DNA from: Raillietiella orientalis
Lineage: Eukaryota
Assembly (NCBI GenBank): GCA_036172245.1
Contig: JAYWIR010000014.1
Coordinates: 2,356,001 to 2,420,000, forward strand
Direction: 5' to 3'
DNA: 64,000 bases
Of the stretch, positions 35,806 to 49,443 are shown piece after piece (position 1 is the first letter of the stretch; each line of letters opens with the position of its first letter). The position numbers and the translations under genes are program-made. The notes under the pieces are model-generated. The model ran no database searches. It was not told the origin of the DNA and was given only the letters and a program-made list of their open reading frames with translations.

Positions 35806-37398
35806 TTAAACAGATTCCTGTACTGCTGGTTCGTAACCACCAGGTCTATCTACCTTGCTACCTATTTCACCAGCAGCCCCACTCTTTGAAGGCAATTCAC
35901 CATGCATCTCCAGTAACTTGGTTAACTCAAATCTTGGCTTTTTTAATACTTTCACCTAATCCAACAATACACAATGGCATGATTTAACTGCATAAATCTT
36001 ACCTTGCGAATGTGCACATCATGCAAGGGATAAAATACATGGCATGCCTTTTCAATATCTTTGGCTATTGAATCAGGAATCAATTTATTAACCACTTCTT
36101 TAAGATCGTTGGAAGCTACTTCCTTAGTCATAATTTCCACCATTTTTTTCCGAATGGCTCTCACCTACACATCCTTACTAGTCATGTTACTGTACAATAT
36201 TACCACACCTGTGTGTGTTGAGCATAGCATGTTTTTCTGTGCGAATTAGGGCTTTTCATGGTAAAACCAATGCAGAACAAACGAAGCAAATAGCCATCAG
36301 TTGTCTTGACATCTACATTTGCTTCAATAAGTGTCTGCAAAATAGGGGCATTTACTATCTTGTAAAGATACAGGGTACTAACCTGCCATTTTTTGACCAT
36401 GGACCTAAGTTTATCTGTAGTTAGATCCATACCATGGAAATTAGTTAACACATGACGACCTTGCACTTCTTCTGCTACCAGACGAAACTTTCGAAAAGAT
36501 CTTTCTGCATCTTGATCATTTTGCAAATCAGCTAACGACACTTCGAAGACACGGCCCTTTAATCCCTCGGAAGCAATACCTAATGTGTCTCATTATGCAA
36601 AACTGTGATATTATCAACATACGTGTCCCCTGTGTGCGGTTAACCAATGTCTTTCCGATCTGGCGGACACTAAAAGTAGATGGAGCCTTCACATCATACC
36701 AGTCTTTTCTTGTAAAAGGATCTATCCTAAAATATAAAGATGAAAATGCATCAAAAACTCTACTCCATATATTTTTGAATGAAGAATTTACATATTCACA
36801 AATAAGCCATCAACCCATATGCTATAATTCACATTCACTTACTCAAATTTAATAAGAATACGAAAACAAAAACCTCACACGCAAAACTACCCATTTCAGC
36901 CTTCGAGTTGAGATGAATGTGCTGAATCTGAGCTCTAACAGCTCTTAGCTTCATCACTAAACATTGCTATCAATCAGACACATTGCTCCATCATTTTAGA
37001 GAACTTCAAACATATCACTTTTAAGAAGCAATAGCATAAGCTACTTTTTCTTATGTTTTCATAATTTACATTGTTAAAAATATGAAAAATACTCATACAA
37101 ATTAATTCATTTACAACATACATCAAAGAAATTCGGCTATGCAGTGAACGCATGCACATTGAAAATAATCATAACCATCTGACATTATTCAGTACTTTCA
37201 TATATCCTCACTACTTCCTTCTCAAGTTATCGACCATGATTCATATTAAATACGAAATTTGGTCACACGCGATGTCGTACCAAGTAATTTACTCACAAAC
37301 TTTAACTACAAATCATAAATTAAAAACTTAACTTACACCTTCTTTTTTACTCCTTTCTTTCCGGCTTTATTCAATCCCTTATTCTTTCCAACAGCCAT
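35806..37398 (-). CDS. RPS3A: 40S ribosomal protein S3a (eS1), 6 coding exons
   Basis: [28 protein letters not shown]...[18 protein letters not shown]...YEPAVQESV*. Exons 37337-37398, 36623-36726, 36383-36579, 36209-36334, 36003-36164, 35806-35955. Confidence 0.98.
36892..36961 (-). ncRNA. Candidate box C/D snoRNA in the RPS3A long intron
   Basis: Box C GTGATGA (36951-36957) and box D CTGA (36896-36899) bound a 62-nt core on the host strand; rRNA target not identified. Confidence 0.5.
36974..37018 (-). ncRNA. Weaker box C/D snoRNA candidate
   Basis: GTGATAT..CTAA..ATGATGG..CTGA with flanking TGCTATTG/TGATAGCA stem; short, degenerate C box. Confidence 0.3.
37189..37244 (-). ncRNA. Weaker box C/D snoRNA candidate
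   Basis: ATGAATC..TTGA..GTGAGGA..CTGA in C-D'-C'-D order; C box non-canonical. Confidence 0.3.
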
Positions 37399-39818
37399 GT
37401 CACCTGATCTACGAAATACATGTAGGATATAACATATTACATCCTGTCTACCTTCAAGGTTACCAAGATCACAGATACAAAATAAGAAATTCTTAAAACC
37501 TTTTTTAAAATTTCCATAAGAAAATGAGCACAGAAAGTTAAACAGTCGTCGATTTTTTAAACAAATCAATACATTTCATTAGCTTTTAAAAAAATTGGCA
37601 AAAATAAGAATACTAGGGTAAAGGGGTAAAGTTTATTCTGAAGCATCAGACACATAGAACGCAATCACAAAGATGATGCATTTAATTCCCTTAGGATCCA
37701 AATAAAAAAACAAAACTAGAATTTTTAAAATCATATTAAAAAATCTACAATTTCAAATCGTCTCATTAGCAAATATATTTTCTGCTTATTGAACATAGAG
37801 ACAAACAAGAAATTTAATACAGGATACAATGGTGAAACTCATAATAATGTGCATAACTATGGCGTTTCTCGATTCAAAATGAGCATGTTTATATAGATCC
37901 TTTTATTTTGTTTTGGTAAGTTCCTAGTTCATTTATGAAAAATTTAAAAAGCTACGGTTTTGATACCAACTGGCAACTCACACTTTTCATTTAAAAGATA
38001 ATGTTTTTTTAGCTTTAAAATTCTAGGAGTCGTTATTAGATTGGCACATATCATTTAATATCATGTATTTTTTTCGTTCCTTATAGATATGCTTAATATA
38101 TCCTATAAATATAAAGTATTTTATTAAAGCATTCTCCAATGTATTGCAGTTTATTTGTTTCCTCTAAATATAGAGTATTCTTACTAAGTACCATGAAAAT
38201 TTAAACATCTCGAACGGATAGTTTCTACAATCACCTGAACAAATAGTTTCTGCAACTTGGAATGACGCATCCTTGAGTGAAAATACTACTACTCTAAATT
38301 GATTTTTGAAATAAATTTCTCCAAGAACTTTTTATTGTATTTTGTTAATAACGATTCCTAAATAAAATTCAATCAATTCATTGCTCCATCATTCTTCTGC
38401 TGCACTAACTTTCTCATATTTTCAGTAGAGCTCTTATGATTTTATTAGTAATAAAAATCTAGTTTCTTGACTTTTAATCTAACAAGTAAACCATAATAAA
38501 AATACAACTTCGATTCTCATAGTAGTTTCAATTGTGTTTACATAACATTGGATCATTTCCCATCAGCTAATTTTAAACTACTAATTACTGCTAAATATTC
38601 TTTAATTTATTGCAAAAATTCTCTGTATACTCCTTTTCCAAGTAGTTTTCTTTGTTTTTATACTTTCCATTGTTAGTTTTACAAGTCACAATTAGTGTCT
38701 AACATGGTTTAATTCAATATAGCAACAGATGTTAATACTTCGCATCTTCGTTAGCTTGTTTTCATTTTATTCATTGGACCAACACCCTGTATATCTATTA
38801 TGTGCTCTTGTGACATATGTTTTAACCTCCCAAAGTGGGAAACAAGCCTTCACACTGCTTATTGCATTTTGCCTATGCCACTTGCCTCATTACGATGCAT
38901 TATATATTCTCTTTAATCATGTGAAATAAGAAATGCGAAGTTCAGCACATATTTCAATCCATACTTGAAGTCGAAATGTTGAAATTTCTTACATACAACA
39001 AAAACTGAAATTTCAAGTCTCAAATTTTTATTTTTACTATCTTTGGGTAGCATTAAGATTGCGATGTTTTTAGTAGATTGAATTGCTTGCTCAACTTTCT
39101 GATAATTTTGCGCTTGAACTTCAAATCTTGTATTTGAATCAAAACAAAGTGATAAATAACTGACAGCCACAGTATTTTTCTATAATCCTTTGTAGATTCA
39201 CATTTTGTAAACATGAATTTTCTAAATGCCTAACTTGAGATTCTAGGTTGCCTCTATATTTGGTCAAGTGCTTATGTGTTAGCAATTGTATACTTAGAAT
39301 GTCTAATGAATTTTCTTAGTTTCCATCATATTCTTTACAAGTTAAATAAGAATCTGTTGCTAATTCAAGCTTTCGCATAATTATTTAAAAATTGGTTCAG
39401 GTGATATGAATTAGATATGATTAAATGGATTTTACGGTTCATTTCGTCATATCAAATAAGATATTTAATTTTCAACATAAGAATTTGATGATATTGAATG
39501 ATTAGTGCAGATGAAATAAATAGCTGAAAAAACGGAATATCTAAAATTTGAATAATAATTAGTTGGATTTTGAGTATCAGATATTGGTATTTTAATTTTT
39601 TGAGTGTTAGTCTTTTATCGTTATCATTTGAAAATACAATTCTATGAAGTTTAAATTATTCAGTTTTTCGTTAATTAGTTTCTAAAAGAGCATTGTGGAA
39701 CTAAAGTTGTCTACGCGAATAGTTTTTTTGCGTGGGAATTCTGATGCCATACATCGTTCTTGAATCTAGTTGCTGTTTCCTGTTTTGATGGTGATCTGAA
39801 ATTTTCCATTTCAACAAA

Positions 39819-40608
39819 ATGCAGTTATTTATCAACGGAAACAAACGTTTTTCATGGTTGTGCAGTGGAGAAGAAAGTGTAGAAATACTAAAGGCGAGCA
39901 TCATGCAGTTGTTATTCTCTTTAGAAAAAAAAAATTTTTTTCTTAGTAATATGTACCTTGTTTCAGTTTATAAAAATGCCTCTACCAATCCTTTTGTTAT
40001 TATAGCAGTATGAACAGTAATGCGGTGTGAATTGGATTAATCCTATGAATTGTTAAAAGTGATACATATTGTTTCGTGACCTAGGTTATTAGAAATTACC
40101 AATTAGTTTGATGTTAACGTAAAGTACTTGTTTGTCATCAAACTGTTTCATTTTTAATAAGTATTTTGTTTTGGTAAATTTATTAGAATTTCATCTCTGA
40201 AGAAGAAGGAGTTCCTGTAAATGAATTACAGTTGTTTGCTGCTGGTGTGCCATTGAACGATGACATTGTAGTGGGTTCCTTAGATTGTCAGACTATTGAC
40301 GTGTGCTTACGCTTAAAAGGGGGTGAGTTACGTTCCTGGTGTCATTTGTGTTTCAAATTCTTAAATTTGTTTAGGTAAAGTACATGGTTCTCTTGCACGT
40401 GCTGGAAAAGTAAAAGATAATACAAAGAAGGTGAAAATGTTATCCTAGTTAATTTTATCTAAAATCTTGTGTTTAGGTTCCTAAGCAAGAAAAGAAGAAA
40501 AAGAAAACTGGAAGAGCCAAACGAAGAATGCAGTATAATAGGAGATTTGTCAATGTTGTTCAGGGATTTGGGAGGAGAAGAGGGCCTAATTCAAATGCTA
40601 CCAATTAA
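39819..40608 (+). CDS. FAU: Ubiquitin-like FUBI / 40S ribosomal protein S30 fusion, 4 coding exons
   Basis: MQLFING...[19 protein letters not shown]...[27 protein letters not shown]. Exons 39819-39893, 40187-40322, 40375-40430, 40477-40608; first intron needs a GC donor. Confidence 0.96.
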
Positions 40609-42339
40609 AGTTTCATTTGTAATTATATGACTAAATCTTTAGTGATTGGTAATTGTTTTATTAAATTTTCAAGCACTAAGTTTTAAAGTAGCAGGTCTAA
40701 GAAACTCTCTTGTGTATTTTGTGTAATTTCTTGTCTTAAAGTAGCATGTAGTTCCGAGGGAACTACATAGAAGCACATAACAGTTATACTGAAAATGAAC
40801 AGTCTGTGTTAAATATTTCTGATCAAGCATTTTTGGTCATATATGTATGGATTCATTGTATACTAATATCATCTACATCTTACATTAGTTATAATTGATG
40901 TTTGGTCTCTCTGAAGTTAGGAAACTAAATATTTTCTATGCTTTGAACTTAATATTTAATTGCAAATAGTTATTTTAAGGCAACAGTGTATTCATTTCAT
41001 GATTTTTGGTTATGTACCCCCAGCATACAGGTATTTCATACTTGTTTTATTTAATCTTGATGTGATCTTGTCAGGGTTTTAATTTTATATCCACTTTGGG
41101 GATGCATTTCTGATATGGTTGTTTACTTTTTTTCACTGTATATGTCTTTTCTTTCATAGTTGCTTGTGGATTCCTAATTGGATTTTAAAGTTCAGGATTA
41201 AAAACGTTTCTTCTTGTTACAACTTGAAAAATTATGGCTAAGCTCAAAAAATGGTTATTTATCAATACAGTGAACACATTGGAGATATTCTGCTGTTTTG
41301 TTCAAGATATGAACTTTTATTTTAATTTTTAAAGACAGGTGTACTGGAAGCAATGAAAAGCTTGAAACATCACGTATTTCACTTTCACCTGCAATTAGCA
41401 CAAATAAATTGCATTGTAGTTCGTCAGTTCCCAGTTAAAAGTGAATGACGTTGTCAAATGAGATACATCCAAACATAACTAAAGGCCAATATTAGAACTC
41501 AGCCTCCAAAGGTTTACCACCAGTTCATATACAGTGTAATATTCCATTAGCAGTTGTGCAGAACCAAAAGTAATTTTTCCTGTGCAAGATACGAAATTTT
41601 AATCTGTAAAAAGTGTAGATTTTGGTTATTGACATAGCAATAGCAAGCCAGTTTTGTCTACTGATAAAATTGGTTTGATTGAAAGCAAGAACTTGTAAAC
41701 TATTAATCAATTGCATGCCATGCAAAATCAATTTCATATTATTTAAATAGTCAGTTTTTTTTACCTTCTAATGAAATGAATGAAATTTAATTAAAAAAGA
41801 ACTGCTATTACTTAAGGTGCACTTCATTACTGATTGAAATAAAGTAGCTGCATTAATGCCAATTAAACTGAATACAGTTTTTGCTGAAAGTGTTGTACAT
41901 CCATTCATTGTACTTTTGAAGTTGCATTTGAAGTCAGTTGCAAAGATAAAAGTAACAAATAGTGAGTGCATAGCATCGATTGCTTTTTTTAACCAAGTGT
42001 ATAAGTTCTAGTTTGGGGATCAATTCAAATTCCAGTTTTAGTTGTAGATATATTTTAATTCATCTCTTACTATTCTAACCAGCAAAGCACAAGAATACGA
42101 TTATTCGAGGAGGCATGAGCAGAGTAAGGGAGAATAAATTCTCTAAGCCCACTTTTCATTAATTATTCCAAGAAGACTTGTCCATTAGAATTGTTGGCCT
42201 GCTTTGCTAATCTAAAAAAGATTTTCATATTCATACCACAAATCCAGTTTACTAACATGACTCCTTGTACTGGAAGTTACAAAAACAACATATATACATT
42301 TCATATTACAAATAACTGTTTATTAAGTTTGGGTGCATA

Positions 42340-45300
42340 TTAAACTTTCTTCTTCTTTCTGCCCCGTGTCTCTTCACGTGGAGTACCAGATGCATCACTC
42401 TTCCGTTTCTGACCAGATTTAACATGAGTTGATCCTGGTTTAGGTCCTCGTTTCTTCCTCTCTGCTCGTTCCTTTTCTTCCAATTCTTGGTTTTCTCTTT
42501 CTATGAGAGTAATTAACGTATTGCATCGTCGCTGCAATTCCATAGCTGTACGTGATTTGATAAACCAATCAAATCTAAATTGGGGCGCTGCTCTCACTGC
42601 AGCACGTAATTCTTCATATACATTCTCTTTGTCAAATCCCAACTTATGCAGCATGCATATGAGAAAACGATCTTCTTCCTCAGTGTAATTCTTTCCTTTG
42701 TTGGTGCCATATGCAATACGTAACTGATGAAATGGTGCCCGATAACGTGCCATCTTTTGTTCCTAATGATTAATCTGTTGAACTTTTCCTATCAATACCT
42801 TGGCATCAAGTGCACGTTTGATGGATGCTCTCCTCTGTATCTTTGCTTCTCCCTTTTCAATTTGGGCCATAATTCGATCATAATCTGTAAGCTCATGACA
42901 ACGCTCCCAAAATACTGCACTGTATTCCATCACTTCTTCTGGAGACTTTCCTGGAAGAAGCCATGGCACGAACTGGTTTCCTATGTACTGTACCTTCCAC
43001 CTCTTTGGATATAGCCTCAATATCATCTCGACCATACTTCTCATTAGCCTTAATAAATTGATTAAAATCCCTTTTGCTCCAGTTTGTAAAGCCCTTCAAA
43101 TAAAGTATTAGTAGATTCTCAGAAAAATCATTTCACCTGTTTTAAAAGTTCTTCCTTTTCTAACTGTTCTTCCTCGATCAAAGGTTCTGCTTCATCAATT
43201 TTCTTCTGCTCATCTTTCTGAGCTCTGTTTGCATCAGAACCCAAATCTAGATTTTTGGGAACCTTCAACGGAACTGTATACTTCAAAAAGAATTCTGTAA
43301 CTTCTTACCTTGTAGCTTATACTCTTCCTATAAAAGTAGATTTCCTGATCTAAAAGTTCAAATAGTCGTGGAGGGAAAAACTGAAAATCTTGAACTACGG
43401 GCTGCTTGGGAGGTCGTGGTGCCTAGGATTAAATATGATAATGGACACGTTGCAAATATTTCCGATTTACTTTAGGAGCTTTGGGTTCTGAAACTCGCAG
43501 TGCTTCTCGGAAATACTGATCCACTGCATAGTTAGCCTTGCGTTCCCGCTTGGGAGGTTCAATCCAATGCCCAACAAATGTTTTTTGTTTTTCCCTAATG
43601 AATAGTGAGCACCGCTATTTTGAAAAAATAACTGACCTATAATCTTCACCTTCAAATTTGTATACCGACTCTGTTGGAGCATCCAGAGTCAGATTCATGA
43701 GCGAGGACTCACCAAGCTTAGATAACCTGGCATTCAGTTCTTCTGTCTACACAGAAAAGACCATATTTCTCGAACATTTTTATCACTTACTTTTGCTTCT
43801 CCCTTAGATAGGATAGCATCAATATCTTCATCAGTAATTTCAGAATCTTTGGAAGCAAATATGTGGTCAGCTCCAAAACGTATCATGTTCAACATTTCTT
43901 CCTTCCCAAGAGCATTGGTTTTATTATCCACTAATCGCCCTGTTGTGCAATAAATAAACAGTTGACTTCTTGCATCACATTCTGGTATTACCTTGCTGAA
44001 TGACAATACGATCCAAACGCAGTTTTATCTCTGCCCTTTCCACTATACGTTCTTCAACTGTATTTTCTGTAAGAAACCGATATACACGAACTTGCTTTGT
44101 TTGTCCAATACGATGAGCTCTATCCATAGCTTGCAAGTCCACTTGTGGATTCCAATCCGAATCATATAAGACCACCACATCTGCTGTGGCCAAATTAATT
44201 CCTAATCCACCAGCACGAGTTGACAACATGAAGAGAAACTTAATACTATTAGGGGCATTAAATTCGTCAATTTGTTTTTGCCGAAGCTCATGAGGAGTAT
44301 TGCCATCTAGTCTACAATACTACCTGAGAACTTATAGAAATATAAATGTTGCACTCATCTCACCTGGTAGCCACGCCACAAACAATAATCCTCTAAGATA
44401 TCCAATAACCTTGTCATCTGACTAAAGATCAAAACACGCGAGTCTTGCTGCTGCAAACGAGGTAATAGTTTATCTAGAATGCTCATTTTTCCACAGTTTT
44501 CCACTAAATGATAATCAGTTGTATATGGTGGTCCTGGTTCTGCACCATCAAATAAATAAGGATGATTGCAGCATTTTCTGAGTTGCATCAAGATGTTTTG
44601 CAGGCGCATCTTATCTACTTTGCCTGCTCCATTAACCACATCGATGTCCTTCATCAGAACACGGGTATACCATTCCCTCTGCATTTTACTTAAACCAACG
44701 TATACTTTGACTTCCTTCTTGGGAGGAAGTCGCTTTTCCACATCTGATTTCAGTCTTCGCAGAACAAAGGGTCTTAAAACCTACTGGCATTGCAAACAAT
44801 CTTTTAGTTATTATCTACATACTGCATGCAATCTCTCCACCAATTGAGCATCGCCCAAGAAATTGTTCGTATTAAACCATGAATCGAAGTCCTACAAGAA
44901 ACAAACAAACACAAAAAAAACAGCAATGAAAGATGAATCTTTTTGTATCCTTACTTCAGATGAATTAAAAACATCAGGTAAGAGAAAATTTAATAATGCC
45001 CACAATTCATGCAAGTTGTTTTGTAAAGGAGTGCCTGTGAGTAGCAATCTGTTGGCAGTTTTGAATTCTCTTACAATTTCCGACAATTTTGATTTTTCAT
45101 TTTTAATTCGATGTGCTTCATCAATGACCAAGTATCTCCAGTTAAATTTTTTAAATACAGATTTTTCCTTGATGCACATCTCATATGATGTAACACATAC
45201 ATCCCACTCCCCAGGCATCAAAGTTTCACGAATGAGATTTGATCGTGTTTCCTGATCTCCAATAAGGCATACAGCATGAAGAGTAGGCACCCAACGCTTA

Positions 45301-48300
45301 AATTCACTCATCCAATTAGCAAGAGTTGACTTGGGAACAATAACCATGTGTGGACCAGGGATGTTCCGATAGTGTTTCATGTACCTGAGGCAATAAAATT
45401 AATACCAAAACGAAACAAAAAACTATAACATTTCATTGGTCATAACAAGCTAAATAAACTTGAGAATTCCAGACGAATTCCTTAGTATTTTTCTGTGAAA
45501 CAAAAAATCTGTTTTCTTGTTAATTATGGGGGCATTCAGATTATTCAGTGATGATGGCAAAGAGTCAACAGCTCTTGAATAAAAAAAAAAACGGATACAG
45601 AAAGCAGCATCAAAGCAAATACATTATTCCTCAAATTAATGATGGAGGCTTTGAATGAAATCTGTTCTCGACACAAACATTTGAATCGAAACAAAAACTT
45701 CAACAGCATCTAATCAAACAAAAAGAAAAGACTACAGAGAAAACAGTTTTCAGTTTTCACATTAAATTATTCCCTAAGAAGGAATGAAAAATACTTTGTA
45801 TTTAATGGCTCACCGTTTTCATTGATCCATCTTAACATGAAGATAATGTTCACAACAAATTAAATATTGAACGTATTAGAAAAGAAGTAAAAACAAACCG
45901 ACCTCATTCATGTTCATGTTAATTGGGGAGGGAAGAGGATGGGGGCCTTCAGTCTCAATCTTACCCCAAAAGAGAAATAGTCTGCAAAGTTTTTCCAAGA
46001 CCCATCTCATCAGCTAGAATTCCATTAATCCCATTTTCATAAAGTGATATCATCCAATTCAATCCACGCACTTGGTAGTCCCTTAATTCTCCATTTTTTA
46101 CGTAGATAGGAGATTCATCAAACCAAGTAATGATTTTGGAACTTGAACTATCAGCTAGGAGTTCTTCATCCTCTTCTTGCTCAGTTTTTCTATGCCGATG
46201 GCTATAATGAAAAATAAGATTTTCATGCTTTATCAATAACAATCATCTAATTGTAAACTGAGATTTACAATATGTATTGTACTCACAGCAATACAATACC
46301 CCAAAAATTTGTATCACCAGGAAAGGAAACAAGTTTGAAGATTACTTATATACCTTACAAGTTGATGCTATGAATTAAAGTCTATTGGAATAGTCGACTT
46401 ACAGTGATTGTAATTACAGTAATTTAATAAACATTAATGCACATACCAACTCCAAAGCTCTTTCCTACAGTTGATGTCAACAGAATGAAACTTTAAGGAA
46501 GCACACCAACAAATACAATCAATACTTTGTGAAGAATCGATAATTAGATTTATTTTTTTTTTTTTATACTGACTATTATTCAAGAGGCATAGAGTTGCTA
46601 CTAGATTACAGATGAAAGAAGAAAAACTCTTGATGTCCATAGAAATCAATTATATGAATAGAATTACGAGACCTAAAGTTTTGTAAAACAGAAATTCCTG
46701 AAAACAGAAATAAAAGTGAGTTACATAACTGCTCAATGAATACAAACAATATTATCGTATCGAAGAACATGCAAATGTTCGATTTAACTTGTAATCTATG
46801 AAAATCTATCGAAAAAAATCATGGAGGAATGTAACAACCATCCAGATAATACACTTCTAAAGGAAAAATATTATGCAGCACAGAAGTTGGATTACTTTGT
46901 GCAACTGTTACACATGCAAAGGTAATAAAATTTCAAAATTAGTTGTGCATCGGTAGGAAATACTAAGAATCCAATTCTAATGTCAATGATAACACACTAT
47001 TGACAACCGTTTCATTTACATGTATTACAGGCTTTTAACTTAAAGTTCTGCAAGATAACCTTTATAAAGATTTGGTTGAGTTGGTATGTTCTATATGCAA
47101 TACATAATTTCAAGGAAAATCGTAATAAATATTTCAATCTAAATACTCAGAATTGATGAGCATTTATACCCAACAACTTTAACAACAGAAATGTAATTTC
47201 GGAGGTGCTGTTTCCATATCATTAAAAGTTTATACTTCAAATGTACAAAAGATCCGTATGTATAGATTTGTGGTTTAATTATTCTAATCTTCACTTATAC
47301 ATGTAAAAAATACTTTATCAATATACAAAAAAAAGTATGAATGCTATATGGAAAATTACGATTGCTATATGAAAGCAAGAAATTTTTTTTTGTGACAGCC
47401 CATTAACCTTTCTGCAAATTTTCAAATACGGAAGCAGTAAACTCAATATAAACTTATGAGATTATGCATACTCCATATACCAATAAGCTCATTTTAATTT
47501 ACCTTCATAAAGGTAGCTTTGTGAACATCAAACATTAACATAGGTTGCTTTGTATCTACTTGCAACACAATTGAAAAACAATGTAAGAAGTGACTTACTC
47601 TCCACTTTCTGGTAAAACTGGCTCTTCTTTAATTTTGCGTGGCCGACCAGGTTTAAGTTTCAAGGGAGAACATGGTGTTTTGTTGTCTTTAGTTCCTCCA
47701 GCCATAAAATGGGCAAAAATTTCAGTCTGCTTCAAAAGGTATTCAAAGCGTTTACTACTATCCCTTTGCTAGTACATGAAAAAAAGGAGTACAAGAGTTG
47801 GAATACATGAGTTGCTTTTTGAACTAACCAGTTTGATTTGATAATCATCAATCCCTCGAGGTTTCTCCTTCTCATGTTCATTTTCAGGTATGATGCAATC
47901 CTGAAATGAAAGATGTGAAAAAAATTTTGATTTTGCTTATGAATAAATGAAGTGTTTAAACATAAAAATTCCTTGAAGCATAAAGGATCTCCTCAAGTAA
48001 TCTAACACATCAGTCATAACATTTCAATTTGTTTTTCAATAGTTCCATATGCTAAGCTAGATTTTTGTTTCTTTAATTCTATCATATACATCTTTTAGAA
48101 CATCTCCACACTTTACTTATATGATTCATGGTAAATATCAAACAAATGTAAAAAAAATAACATAAAATAAAATGAAATTCTCAATTTCCGCAAAAGGTGA
48201 CTTGATAAAAGCAAATGTGCAACTCCGAAATGAAATAATTCCGATTTTTTGGATGACCAGCAATATGAATGCAAGAAACTTGAAACAAGATAAAAATAAT

Positions 48301-49315
48301 TTCACTGATTTTCTTTGACTATTCATCCTCTATCCCTTATTGGAAAATAAGGCATAAAATTTCACAGAAAGGCACTTACACCACGTCCTCAATAATTAAT
48401 CACAATGAACGAACACAATCAAACAAACATAATGCTTCCAGTATCGACACTGGCAAAAAAACACTACAAGTGAGCTCCTACTAAGATCTCAAGATCAATC
48501 AAATTGTGAATGACGACTGAAAATTAAACTTACTGAACATCAGGACGTTCATGAAACATTTTCATAAATTCCTGGGGAACAAACGAATCCTGAGGGATTT
48601 GATCTAATTTGTTAGAATCAAACAAATCAAATCAAACCAACAAAAAAATCTAAATAACCTTTTCACTTGAACTTGAAATGACAAGTTCTTCAAAACTGCA
48701 TCAGTGATACTATGTGTAAATTAAGTTTCCAATGATGATATACCTCAAAACCTTTTAAGCCATTAACATGAAAGAAGTCAAATTTGTGAAATGGTTACAA
48801 TTAAGTACTGATCTCCTGAATGGAAACTGTGGCACAAACTTTCCAACAAAAGATGTAAGATGCATTAATTTAAAGCATTAAAAAACCTGCAAATTCTTAA
48901 CACAAATGCTGATACTTTAATAAACAAGTTTAACGTTATGTTAAACTGATTTTAATGTACCCTCTAGATAACAGTACACATTAACATGTAAGCATACCAG
49001 TCTGCCTTATTTATGCATATACTGATTTGAAAGAACAGATCATAAGTTAAGCAGGGAGGGAGACTGCTTCTTAAGTAGCCACAAATTCCAGTCTCATTTG
49101 ATGATGACTAACTTTAATAAACCCAATCACGTGAGTTTCGACAGACTACCACCGAATTCAAAACAAGCGCATGTCAAACGTATAGTTTTCATAGGTAAAA
49201 GTTTTCATGGGATATTTTACAAAACTGCATTTATTGAAAAGATTACCGATTCCGTTTTCACTTTGATTTCGAGTTCTGAGTCCTTCTCAATTTTGATATC
49301 AAGTGCTTCTTCCAT
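42340..49315 (-). CDS. Iswi: ISWI chromatin-remodelling ATPase (SMARCA1/SMARCA5 family), multi-exon
   Basis: [53 protein letters not shown] and a HAND-SANT-SLIDE C-terminus ([12 protein letters not shown]). 5' exons 49247-49315, 47829-47900, 47599-47768, 45965-46201 join in frame; the start codon at 49315 is inferred. Confidence 0.97.
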
Positions 49316-49443
49316 GGTTTCTGTTTGCAACACACTTAACAAAGAAAATCAGGTGATATCTTTAAAGTTTCCATGTTTTAAAGAACATCAACTGACATTA
49401 CACATATCATCTGATTAGCACTTGAACTAAAAGGGAAAAATCC

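Noticed and set aside
37399..37450. Acceptors 5 nt upstream of the RPS3A and ISWI start codons as trans-splicing sites
   Set aside because: RPS3A has a plausible cis donor 43-48 nt upstream, so ordinary 5' UTR introns suffice.
39414..39500. Hairpin plus AAATAA as an H/ACA snoRNA
   Set aside because: No convincing second hairpin or ACA box; AT-rich chance pairing is likely.
41525..41737. NGILHC as RdRp motif B
   Set aside because: No flanking motifs A or C at the right spacing.
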